A program made the translations under genes and the position numbers. This document shows positions 31,868 to 40,017 of a DNA stretch of 64,000 nucleotides, in pieces (within the stretch, counting starts at the first letter, position 1; every line of letters begins with the position of its first letter). The notes under the pieces were generated by a model. The model searched no databases and was not told the origin of the DNA. It was given only the letters and a program-made list of their open reading frames with translations. Source of the stretch: a bacterium (GTDB taxonomy: Bacteria; Patescibacteriota; Minisyncoccia; Minisyncoccales; CG1-02-41-26); NCBI GenBank assembly GCA_030648255.1, contig JAUSHZ010000007.1:24404-88403 (forward strand), given 5' to 3'.

Positions 31868-32040
31868 TGTGCTTGTGGGGCGTCAGCCCTATTCGGCTAA
31901 TTCCTAAGCTGAAGGCAGGCACATTTACATCTTCTTGCGGGGCTGAAATGCAGAAAATCGGCTCTACTGCGGGGTGCGAGTAGTCCCTTTACGGGGTATC
32001 CAAAGCGCTACGAGGGAGGGTTGCCGTCCTCCCAGCTCCA
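31868..32040 (+). ncRNA. Small RNA with tmRNA/tRNA-Ala-like terminal domain (identity unresolved)
   Basis: 5' hairpin uguGCUUG../..CAGGCACA (31868-31923). GGGGCUG (31939-31945) pairs with CAGCUCC (32033-32039) including G3-U. Preceded by the arm GGAGG-guugccgu-CCUCC. 3' ..CCCAGCUCCA matches the E. coli ssrA 3' end from memory. No tag ORF found. Confidence 0.4.
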
Positions 32041-32247
32041 CAAGAGGATGTATTTTTTTATATAATCGTTATCTCGCAATCTAAATGCTGTGGCAATTTG
32101 AATTTCTTCTAATTCTATTCCATCGCATAATATTTTTACAGCTTCAATGGAGCATAAATAATCTAAACTTCCAATTCTTTTCACCAAGCAATACCCACCC
32201 CGTTTGCTTGTTTTATTTTGGTAAATTTTATCTGGATACTTAACTAT

Positions 32248-32436
32248 TTATTCCTCAACCTCAACCCCACACTCCCGACAAAAAATCTTAAAATCATTTA
32301 TGTTCTCGGTATGGTCAACCTGAAGCTGGCCATCAGAAAAAGTCAAAATGTCGTATTGATTCGGCTCACTAACAAACTCCCCCGCCCCACACTTCGCACA
32401 ACACCCATCAACTATTTTAAAAAACTTTTTTGACAT
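32248..32436 (-). CDS. Small zinc-ribbon protein
   Basis: 62 aa; CAKCG..CRECG pairs. Confidence 0.55.
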   Translation of the reverse strand: MSKKFFKIVDGCCAKCGAGEFVSEPNQYDILTFSDGQLQVDHTENINDFKIFCRECGVEVEE

Positions 32437-32440
32437 GAGT

Positions 32441-32983
32441 TTAAAATATTCTAAAAATAAAAAAATCTTGTGGTAAAAAAGAAACTAGAATAACCGTAGT
32501 GCCAATGACAAATAAAATTAGTAAAACATTTAATGCGGTAGTTCCATAATTTTCCTGTTCTTTTGGTTGCTTCATTGTGTTTGCTAAATTTATCGTTTTT
32601 TCTTTTAATTGTTCCATTCTAATTTCTATCAAATCCTTTGACACTATTTGCATTCTTGCCTCAATGATTTTACCTAATTCCTTAATCCATTTTTTATATT
32701 TTCCAGCTTCATCAATAAAAGTTCTCTTCACCCAAAAAATTGCGTATGCGATAGATAAAAATAATATAAATTGTCCAAGTAGCCATAATTCTAAATGTTT
32801 TGCAAAAGATAATGCTGTAAAGCCAAAACCAGCTATTAAACCAAACACTTGGACTAATTTATATACATAATCAAGTGCCCTTTCCCTCACTTTCTCGTGT
32901 GCTTGCACTATTTCTTCCTGTAATTTTATATCCTCGTGAAGATAATATAAATTATCTTTGAGTAATTGTGTGTATTCTTTCAT
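32441..32983 (-). CDS. Hypothetical membrane protein
   Basis: 180 aa; coiled N-terminus, two central TM helices and a C-terminal TM. Confidence 0.55.
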   Translation of the reverse strand: MKEYTQLLKDNLYYLHEDIKLQEEIVQAHEKVRERALDYVYKLVQVFGLIAGFGFTALSFAKHLELWLLGQFILFLSIAYAIFWVKRTFIDEAGKYKKWIKELGKIIEARMQIVSKDLIEIRMEQLKEKTINLANTMKQPKEQENYGTTALNVLLILFVIGTTVILVSFLPQDFFIFRIF

Positions 32984-33036
32984 ATTTTAAAAACCTTCTT
33001 TGCCATAGATTTAATTAGCTGGAATCTAAAAGAAAT

Positions 33037-33285
33037 TTACCTATATTTTTCTGGCATAAATTTTGCTTCTTCCTGCCAAGTCAAATTAAATACATCTTCG
33101 CCAATTCTATGAAATTCAAATAGACAATCTCCATCTACACATCCATCTTCTTCGTCCCATTCCTCAACACTAACCATATTTTCGTCTTTTAAACAATCAA
33201 CCGTACCTAATCCATTTTTTTCGCAAATGTCTGCTATATCGTCAAAAGAATACTTTTTATCTTTTGTAAAAATTTCCATAATCAT
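33037..33285 (-). CDS. Hypothetical acidic protein
   Basis: 82 aa, no recognised motif. Confidence 0.45.
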   Translation of the reverse strand: MIMEIFTKDKKYSFDDIADICEKNGLGTVDCLKDENMVSVEEWDEEDGCVDGDCLFEFHRIGEDVFNLTWQEEAKFMPEKYR

Positions 33286-33457
33286 AATTAAGAAATATTT
33301 CTTTTACATCTTTTTTTGAGTATCTCTCAATAACAACACTCTTATTCCAAACTTGTAGATCTTTTCCCTCGTACTCCAAATAATCAAACGGCTCAGTAGT
33401 CGTTTTGAAATACGAATAAATTTTATTGTATTGAGATTCTAATTTTTTATAATTCAT
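33257..33457 (-). CDS. Hypothetical protein
   Basis: 66 aa, no recognised motif. Confidence 0.4.
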   Translation of the reverse strand: MNYKKLESQYNKIYSYFKTTTEPFDYLEYEGKDLQVWNKSVVIERYSKKDVKEIFLNYDYGNFYKR

Positions 33458-33462
33458 AATTT

Positions 33463-34305
33463 TTATGAAAAATCTGTTAAAAACTTGATTTGGTTTGCTT
33501 GTTGCACATTAAAGTTTATTTTATTTTTGATAAATTCCAAACGATATTCTGGAGAAATTTCCCCGCCATTTGCCAACCTATCTAAAATCATTTGATAATA
33601 TTTAGGATGTATTTCACAAGAAACAAAATCTCTCTTAAGTTCTTTACATTTTAGTAGCTCTGAACCACTCCCACCAAACAACACAAAAATATTGTCGCCT
33701 TCTTTGGTGCTTGATTTTATCAACATTTCAACTAAGCTCAAAGGTATTTGGCAAGAATGAAAAGTTTTATCTTTAGAAACATTTTTAACTAAATCAAAAT
33801 AAAACCAAGAGTATGGCATCCTTCCAGCACTTCCATTTTTAATTCTTCCCTGTATTCTTTTATCGGTTGGATTTTGATAGGGTAAAGCAACTTGATCTTT
33901 ATAAAAATTATTATTTTTTGTTTTTGTAGCGTGTAAAATAACTCTATGGGCAGTGGTAAATTTTTTATCGCTATGGCCAATATTTGAGTTATAAACCCAA
34001 ACATAGTCATTTACTAAAAAGGCATTGTCGTCTAGAAATTTTACTCTTAAATAGGCATTTTGTTTTGGGTAATTCATCATAAATAAATTCCCTGTCGGTT
34101 TTAAAACCCTCATACATTCTTTCGTAAGCTCAATATACCAATCAATATACTCATTCCATTTAGCGGTAAATTTTTTACCAGCATAATTTATGCCCACATT
34201 ATAATCTGGGTCACCATATACCATATCAACCGAATTATCTGGCATTTTCTTTAGAGTAACTAGAATATCGTCATTAAAAATTTTGTTTATAAAATTTTCT
34301 ATCAT
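33463..34305 (-). CDS. DNA methyltransferase (N6-adenine/N4-cytosine, beta class)
   Basis: 280 aa; motif IV-like GDPDYNV near the N-terminus and motif I VLFGGSGSE near the C-terminus (IV-before-I order). Confidence 0.8.
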   Translation of the reverse strand: MIENFINKIFNDDILVTLKKMPDNSVDMVYGDPDYNVGINYAGKKFTAKWNEYIDWYIELTKECMRVLKPTGNLFMMNYPKQNAYLRVKFLDDNAFLVNDYVWVYNSNIGHSDKKFTTAHRVILHATKTKNNNFYKDQVALPYQNPTDKRIQGRIKNGSAGRMPYSWFYFDLVKNVSKDKTFHSCQIPLSLVEMLIKSSTKEGDNIFVLFGGSGSELLKCKELKRDFVSCEIHPKYYQMILDRLANGGEISPEYRLEFIKNKINFNVQQANQIKFLTDFS

Positions 34306-35141
34306 TTTTTGTTTTGATTTATTAAGTTATACCTAACTGACTTTAAAAATTTAATTGAAGTTATGTCTTGGGGATTAGTAAAAGTATAAGCATACAAATT
34401 AAGTGCATCAAACCCCTTTTGCCTTTCCCTGACCACATAGATACAAACAATTTCTTTTATTTTTGTTTTTAATTCTGGTTTTTGTTTTGCCTGCCAATAA
34501 TAAAGAAAGGGGTGGTAAATTTGGTATATCGAAAAATTCGTTGGCTTACCATTTTTTGCTTCAAAAATCCCTATTTTGCCCATAAATTCAATCGTTAAAT
34601 CAATCTCAATCTGAACTTTATTTAGTTTTATCCCTACATTTTTACCAAAACCATACCCTAAATTAGCTTTTGTTCTATGGGGAAAATATGTTTTTGGTCT
34701 ACTGGCAATGTCCGAATTATCAAACTCTTTGTCTTGACCAAATAAAAAGTGATGCAAAATTCGCTGATTGTTTGCAACCGACAAAATATTCGATTCGCTG
34801 GTGTTGTATTGGTTTAAAATTGATTTTTTATATTGCCAATCAATTATCTTTTGTATTGGCTCAAAATTATGATAAATTTTTTCTATATCTTTAATAAACT
34901 GGTGCTTTCCACTTCCTAAATGAATAAGAGCAAAATCTTCTTTTTGCAAAGCAACAGGCAGTCTTTCTTTGGTATCTAGTTTTGTAGCGTCGAAATGATT
35001 TTGAAATCCTACTTTTTTAGAAACCGCTTTAACTAAGTCATTGTCAAAAACAAAATCGTTTTTATCTTTACAAATTTTAAAAATCATCGACAAAACCTTT
35101 TTCTTTTTATTTTCTTTTTGTGAAGCTTTTTTGGTACTCAT
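34302..35141 (-). CDS. Putative type II restriction endonuclease
   Basis: 279 aa; 4-nt overlap with the methylase gene. PD-(D/E)xK-like ..IDLTIEF..GIFEAKNG. Confidence 0.6.
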   Translation of the reverse strand: MSTKKASQKENKKKKVLSMIFKICKDKNDFVFDNDLVKAVSKKVGFQNHFDATKLDTKERLPVALQKEDFALIHLGSGKHQFIKDIEKIYHNFEPIQKIIDWQYKKSILNQYNTSESNILSVANNQRILHHFLFGQDKEFDNSDIASRPKTYFPHRTKANLGYGFGKNVGIKLNKVQIEIDLTIEFMGKIGIFEAKNGKPTNFSIYQIYHPFLYYWQAKQKPELKTKIKEIVCIYVVRERQKGFDALNLYAYTFTNPQDITSIKFLKSVRYNLINQNKK

Positions 35142-35165
35142 AATTTTATTTTTACTATATCAAAA

Positions 35166-35786
35166 TTAAATACTTTTGTCTTTCACTACATCTGTGAAAT
35201 TTCTCAAAACACTGATGACTTTGCCTTGGATTATTACGGTTTTAACATATAGGGGTTTTAAGGCGGGGTTGGCGGGTTGGAGGCGGATGCGGGTTTTTTC
35301 TTTAAATATCTTTTTTAAAGTAACTTCGTTGCCGTTTATCAACGCCACAGCTGTTTCCCCATTTTCTACGGTGTTTTGTTTGCGGATTATCACAGTATCC
35401 CCATCAAAAATACCTTCGTCAATCATACTGTTGCCTTTTACCCCCAAAGCAAAATGTTCGCCCGAGACAGCCACCATATTTTGAGGCACGGTTATAGTTT
35501 CGTGTTCTTCAATAGCTTCAATTGGCTCACCTGCGGCAATGTATCCCTTAAATGGAATGCTAACACTTGACTCCTGCTTGCCAACTTTTACAGCTCTAGC
35601 GATATTTTTTTCTCGCGTAATATAACCCTTTCCTTGCAAGACCTGCATATAGTGGTTCACTGTTGAAACAGACGCCAACTTAAAATGTTTTCTTATTTCC
35701 TCGTGCGATGGGCTATACCCATTTTTTTCAAAACAATTTTGAATATAATCCAAAAACTTTTTTTGTTTTTTAGTAAGTGAAAACAT
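35166..35786 (-). CDS. lexA: LexA-like repressor (S24 peptidase)
   Basis: 206 aa from MFSLTKKQKKFLDYI; wHTH, AAGEPI cleavage-region motif, GNSM (Ser) and TLKK (Lys) catalytic dyad context. Confidence 0.8.
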   Translation of the reverse strand: MFSLTKKQKKFLDYIQNCFEKNGYSPSHEEIRKHFKLASVSTVNHYMQVLQGKGYITREKNIARAVKVGKQESSVSIPFKGYIAAGEPIEAIEEHETITVPQNMVAVSGEHFALGVKGNSMIDEGIFDGDTVIIRKQNTVENGETAVALINGNEVTLKKIFKEKTRIRLQPANPALKPLYVKTVIIQGKVISVLRNFTDVVKDKSI

Positions 35787-35957
35787 ATGAATACTTTTAT
35801 TCACTGTAATAGAACAAAAATAGAAAATCAAGCCAAGTTATCCACAGCAACCAAAAAGACGGCTTTAGCCGTCATTAGACAAAAACACCCCTTAAAAAAT
35901 TTTACAGAAACTTTGAAAATTCTGCTGGCGAAACATTTATTTCCCGCAAAATTTGTC

Positions 35958-36155
35958 TTAATAATTTAGGCTGTACTTAGGATTTGTTTTCGCTACTTCA
36001 AGGCAAAGCAAGATTGCTTCGCGAATTCTTTCTTTTAAATCCCCTAATGTTTTTGCTTGCGTATGACAACCAGGCAGGGCTGGCACAGAAGCCACGAAAT
36101 AGCCGTCTTCATCCTGCTCAATAATAATTTTATATTGATTGATTTTTTTAGCCAT
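35958..36155 (-). CDS. HicB-family antitoxin-like protein
   Basis: 65 aa; YKIIIEQDEDGYFVASVPALPGCHTQAKTLGDLKERIREAI (UPF0150/HicB fold signature). Confidence 0.7.
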   Translation of the reverse strand: MAKKINQYKIIIEQDEDGYFVASVPALPGCHTQAKTLGDLKERIREAILLCLEVAKTNPKYSLNY

Positions 36156-36225
36156 AAGTTTATTTTTATGTTAGACAAAAAATTCCCCAAAGTCAAATTT
36201 TCCGCCAAAATACCATTAACTCATC

Positions 36226-36552
36226 TTAAACTCCCAAATCCCTTTTCTTCTCCTCAAATTCTTTTTTATCTATTTCACCTTTCGCGTATCGTTCTTTCAA
36301 AATCTCAAGCGGAGATTTTTCATGCGCGCCATCGCTATGGTTGTGTCCGCACATATGACCCTTTCCAGAACCTCCTCTTATTAAAGCTATAATCCCCCAA
36401 ATTATGAGGCCCCAAAAAACCAGCATAAAAATCCAACCGAATCCGCCAAAAGGCGTAAATCCAAAATTCATCATACCTTGCGCAAGGGAGAAAGTCGGCA
36501 AAACAAAACTTAAAATAAAAATAAAAGTTGTGATAAAAAATATTTTTTTCAT
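36226..36552 (-). CDS. Membrane protein with C-terminal SHOCT domain
   Basis: 108 aa; two TM helices, then LEILKERYAKGEIDKKEFEEKKRDL. Confidence 0.7.
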   Translation of the reverse strand: MKKIFFITTFIFILSFVLPTFSLAQGMMNFGFTPFGGFGWIFMLVFWGLIIWGIIALIRGGSGKGHMCGHNHSDGAHEKSPLEILKERYAKGEIDKKEFEEKKRDLGV

Positions 36553-36562
36553 AAATTTATTG

Positions 36563-36955
36563 TTATCTAAACCACTCCTTTAAACTTTTTGGAATTTCCA
36601 ACAGATATAAAAGCGCCAACGGCGCGCCGATATTGGCAAATCGTTCTACAAAGTCCCAAATGGGTTCTCCGGCTATTGGCCGAATAAGCGCGGTGGCAAA
36701 TGCCCAAAACGTCATCCAGAGCAAAGCTATTCTAACTGGTTTTATCAGAATTAAAATGGCAAGGGCTATATCTAAAGCGCCGATAAGCGGTAAAAGAGTA
36801 ACGGCGGTATCCGCCGAAATGCCCACCGAAGTAAAATAAGGAATCCAGCCTTGCTTTGCTTGCAAGCCAAATACGCCATGGCCGATAAACTCGCCAGCCA
36901 CGGCTACCCGCAGAATCCATTCAATTTTTTTAGAGTTTTCCATATTTTTATTCAA
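36563..36955 (-). CDS. Small integral membrane protein (DoxX-like guess)
   Basis: 130 aa with 4 TM helices. Confidence 0.55.
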   Translation of the reverse strand: MNKNMENSKKIEWILRVAVAGEFIGHGVFGLQAKQGWIPYFTSVGISADTAVTLLPLIGALDIALAILILIKPVRIALLWMTFWAFATALIRPIAGEPIWDFVERFANIGAPLALLYLLEIPKSLKEWFR

Positions 36956-37282
36956 TTAACCGAAAACTAAAACTTTATCCGAGTCCTCGACCATTTTTAG
37001 CAAGTCGGGCATCGTGGAAACAGGACACACCTTGCTTTCCTCTTTGCCACGAACTTTTAGACAAGTTCCGCAAGCATAAATTTCACCTTTTGACTCTTTA
37101 AACTCCGCCACTTTCATGGATATGTCAAAATTCTCGCTGTCTGGAATAATATCAAGTTCTGACCCCTCGTTCATTAAAAAAATTTTCACTTGATGGCTTG
37201 CTTTTAAAGCGGTAATTCCAAAACGAAATGTATTCCACACATGTTCAGGTTTATTTGATTGCAAGATAATACCGAGTTTCAT
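36956..37282 (-). CDS. DsrE/DsrF-like family protein
   Basis: 108 aa; MKLGIIL..FLMNEG..ACGTC pattern. Confidence 0.6.
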   Translation of the reverse strand: MKLGIILQSNKPEHVWNTFRFGITALKASHQVKIFLMNEGSELDIIPDSENFDISMKVAEFKESKGEIYACGTCLKVRGKEESKVCPVSTMPDLLKMVEDSDKVLVFG

Positions 37283-37863
37283 AATTTAATATGTTGTTTT
37301 GATTCTTTTATAATTTTAACCGAAAAATATAAAACCAATCCAGCCATTCCCATTCCAACGATTATATCAGGCCACATAGAGTTGAAGTAGCCAACCAAAA
37401 TTCCAGCTCCAATAACGCTGATGTTTCCATACACATCATTTCTGGAGCAAATCCAGGCAGACTTCATATTTATGTTTTTATCTCTATATCTTGTTAGAAG
37501 GAAAAAACATACGACATTGGCTACAAGGGCCAAAATACCAATCAGCGTAATAGTTTGCGCCGATGGAACTACTGGATAAAACACTCTATAAAATGATTGC
37601 CAAAGAACATACAAACCTACTGTAAGCATTATAACACCTTTTATTAGAGACGCCCTCGCTTGGGTTTTATGGTTTTTAGATAAAACAAATAAACTAAGCC
37701 CGTACACAAACGCGTCCCCAAACATATCCAAAGAATCAGCGATCAATACATTAGAGTGAGCCACTATTCCGCTTGCCAATTCAGTAAAGAACATCCCGGC
37801 GTTGATAAAAAAAGCTACATAAAGCACCCACTTTATCCTCGGCTCTATATTACAGCAATCCAT
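37279..37863 (-). CDS. Cation diffusion facilitator, membrane domain only
   Basis: 194 aa; SNVLIADSLDMFGDA motif of CDF TM2; no cytoplasmic C-terminal domain. Confidence 0.7.
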   Translation of the reverse strand: MDCCNIEPRIKWVLYVAFFINAGMFFTELASGIVAHSNVLIADSLDMFGDAFVYGLSLFVLSKNHKTQARASLIKGVIMLTVGLYVLWQSFYRVFYPVVPSAQTITLIGILALVANVVCFFLLTRYRDKNINMKSAWICSRNDVYGNISVIGAGILVGYFNSMWPDIIVGMGMAGLVLYFSVKIIKESKQHIKL

Positions 37864-37867
37864 AATT

Positions 37868-38800
37868 TTAGAATATTATAAATTTTTTAATCTCGGTTCT
37901 GTAAACACGGTATGGCTTGGGCCCTACGAAAGCTTTGCCATTGATAAAAACTGTCGGGGTGCCATAGAGATGGGTTTTTTGCAGCTGTTCGAGCTGATAC
38001 TCTACTGCGTCAACGGTTTCTGAATTATTAAGGCATTGATTAATTTTATTTACATCAAACTCAAAATTATCCAAGATTCTTTCCATATAATCCTTGCCAT
38101 AAATTGCCACTTTATCTACTGTAAATAAATAATCGTTAAACTGCCAAAATCGTTCACCATATTCTTTATACACGCAATATCCAATCTCCGACAAGTAATT
38201 TGTGGTTTCTTTAGCGGGATAGTGGGCAAAAGTATAATTGGTTTTTTGTTCTTTCACTAATTTTTGAATATCGGGATATGCCTTTCGAGTATAGTCACAC
38301 TCATAACACCCTATTAAAACAACTGTATTTTTTGAACCGATATTTTTAGTTGGAAAACTTGATAAATCTACATTGTCAAGAGTTACATTTTCCTCTTTCT
38401 TTTCTACCTCCGGGCACTGAACGTTAATTTCAGTCACTTTATTGTTTTCGCCTTTTGGGTCAAAAGCGCAAAAACCGCTTTGGTTGAGGCCATTACAGCT
38501 GCCATAAAGATAATAATTATATCCGCCTTTTACCACCCAAAAAGTGCTGGCTACCATTAAGATAAGAAATGCCCAGGAAAAAACTTCAAAGTATTTATTG
38601 AAAATACGAGCGGCAAAAACAGACCTGTTTAACAGTCGGGCGACTAATTGACTTTTTATTTTTTCATTGAATCCGGTGTTGCACGGACGGAGTGTTACTC
38701 TTCTAAATACGCAGTCTAACGCCTCTTTAGCTAACACTCGGTGCGTAGCGCTGAAAATTCCGAGTATAGAAAATACAATCAAAGCTATAATACAAATCAT
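37868..38800 (-). CDS. Membrane-anchored DsbA/thioredoxin-fold oxidoreductase
   Basis: 310 aa; N-terminal TM region with paired Cys, and a C-terminal Trx fold with CYEC and GTPTVFING. Confidence 0.7.
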   Translation of the reverse strand: MICIIALIVFSILGIFSATHRVLAKEALDCVFRRVTLRPCNTGFNEKIKSQLVARLLNRSVFAARIFNKYFEVFSWAFLILMVASTFWVVKGGYNYYLYGSCNGLNQSGFCAFDPKGENNKVTEINVQCPEVEKKEENVTLDNVDLSSFPTKNIGSKNTVVLIGCYECDYTRKAYPDIQKLVKEQKTNYTFAHYPAKETTNYLSEIGYCVYKEYGERFWQFNDYLFTVDKVAIYGKDYMERILDNFEFDVNKINQCLNNSETVDAVEYQLEQLQKTHLYGTPTVFINGKAFVGPKPYRVYRTEIKKFIIF

Positions 38801-40005
38801 AATATTTTAATTATTTTATTGAATGTTTCAATAAAAATTTTTGCCTCATCCATAGTATTATAAAAATACAAAGACACCCGAGCAGAATTTTTAATCTTTC
38901 TATCATTAAACCAAGAATGGACGCAATGCTGGCCAGACCTAATCATTACATTGGACATCTCATCTAGTATTAAAGTGGTCTGGTGCATATCCGTACCATC
39001 AATATAAAAAGAAATAATGCCCGACCTTAAAGCCGAATCGCTAGGGCCAATGATTTTAATTTTTGGAAATTTGCTTATTTCTTCGGTAATATAGCGATTT
39101 AGTTTCAACTCCTGCTCTCTTATATTATCAAATCCTATGGCTTCAAGGTACTTAATCGCCTCGCCAAGCCCTATAATTCCAGCGTAATCCTGAAGTCCGG
39201 CCTCAAATTTTTCTGGCGATTGCAACATTTTGTGGTCAGTATAAGTAGAATATTCTACTGTGTCTCCCCCAACCATAAATGGTTCTAATTTTTCAAGTAA
39301 GTTATATTTTCCATAAAAAACACCTGTGCCAGTCGGCCCCAACATTTTATGCCCAGAAAAAGCCATAAAATCAACATCTAAATCCCTTACATCAATTTTT
39401 TTATGCGGAGCGCTTTGCGCCGCATCCAAAAATACTAAAGCGCCATTTTCGTGGGCAATTTTAATAATTTCTTTAGCTGGAATTGTCGCGCCATCTAAAT
39501 TTGAAGTGTGAACCATTGACACCAATTTTACCCCCCTTACCAATTCTTTGTACTTTTCAAAATTAAAAACACTGTCGTCGTTTGATTTGACTATCTCATG
39601 ACGAATTCCTTTCTTCTTAATCAATACTTGCCACGGAATCAAATTGGAATTGTGCTCCTTGTCGGTAGTTAAAACCAAGTCCCCGTTTCTTAGATCTAAT
39701 GAGTTGGCTAACAAATTGATTCCTTCGGTGGTGTTTCTCGTAAAAACGATTTCTTGTTCGTCAGCGTTAATAAACCTGGCAACTGCCTGTCTCGCTCCTT
39801 TTATTTTCTTTGTAACCAATTCGCCTAGACGATGCGAACTTCTACCCGCACACGCTGGAAATTCAAAATAATATTCGTTCATCGCTTCAATAACCTGCCT
39901 CGGCTTCAAGCTCATACAAGAACTGTCAAAATAAATTATCTTTTTATCATTTATCTGCTTACTCAATAATGGAAAATCATTTTTAATTTTTTCGTAATTT
40001 AACAT
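38797..40005 (-). CDS. Cysteine desulfurase (SufS/CsdA-like class V aminotransferase)
   Basis: 402 aa; PLP-lysine SGHKM and active-site RSGQHC. Confidence 0.85.
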   Translation of the reverse strand: MLNYEKIKNDFPLLSKQINDKKIIYFDSSCMSLKPRQVIEAMNEYYFEFPACAGRSSHRLGELVTKKIKGARQAVARFINADEQEIVFTRNTTEGINLLANSLDLRNGDLVLTTDKEHNSNLIPWQVLIKKKGIRHEIVKSNDDSVFNFEKYKELVRGVKLVSMVHTSNLDGATIPAKEIIKIAHENGALVFLDAAQSAPHKKIDVRDLDVDFMAFSGHKMLGPTGTGVFYGKYNLLEKLEPFMVGGDTVEYSTYTDHKMLQSPEKFEAGLQDYAGIIGLGEAIKYLEAIGFDNIREQELKLNRYITEEISKFPKIKIIGPSDSALRSGIISFYIDGTDMHQTTLILDEMSNVMIRSGQHCVHSWFNDRKIKNSARVSLYFYNTMDEAKIFIETFNKIIKIL

Positions 40006-40017
40006 TTTTTACAGGAT

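Noticed and set aside
31868-32040. Calling this locus a bona fide ssrA (tmRNA) gene.
   Set aside because: It is only about 100-175 nt. No resume codon, tag ORF or pseudoknots were found, and the T-loop is non-canonical. It is kept as an unresolved tRNA-like ncRNA instead.
32044-32220. A minus-strand 59-codon frame (LVKRIGSLDYLCSIEAVKILCDGIELEEIQIATAFRLRDNDYIKKYILLWSWEDGNPPS) stays open after the stop of the zinc-ribbon gene and overlaps the 3' end of the tRNA-like RNA.
   Set aside because: It has no ATG, only TTG/GTG, and no SD or recognisable domain; it is not integrase-like. Its 3' end is dictated by the structured RNA on the other strand. It may be a gene remnant, but that is not supportable.
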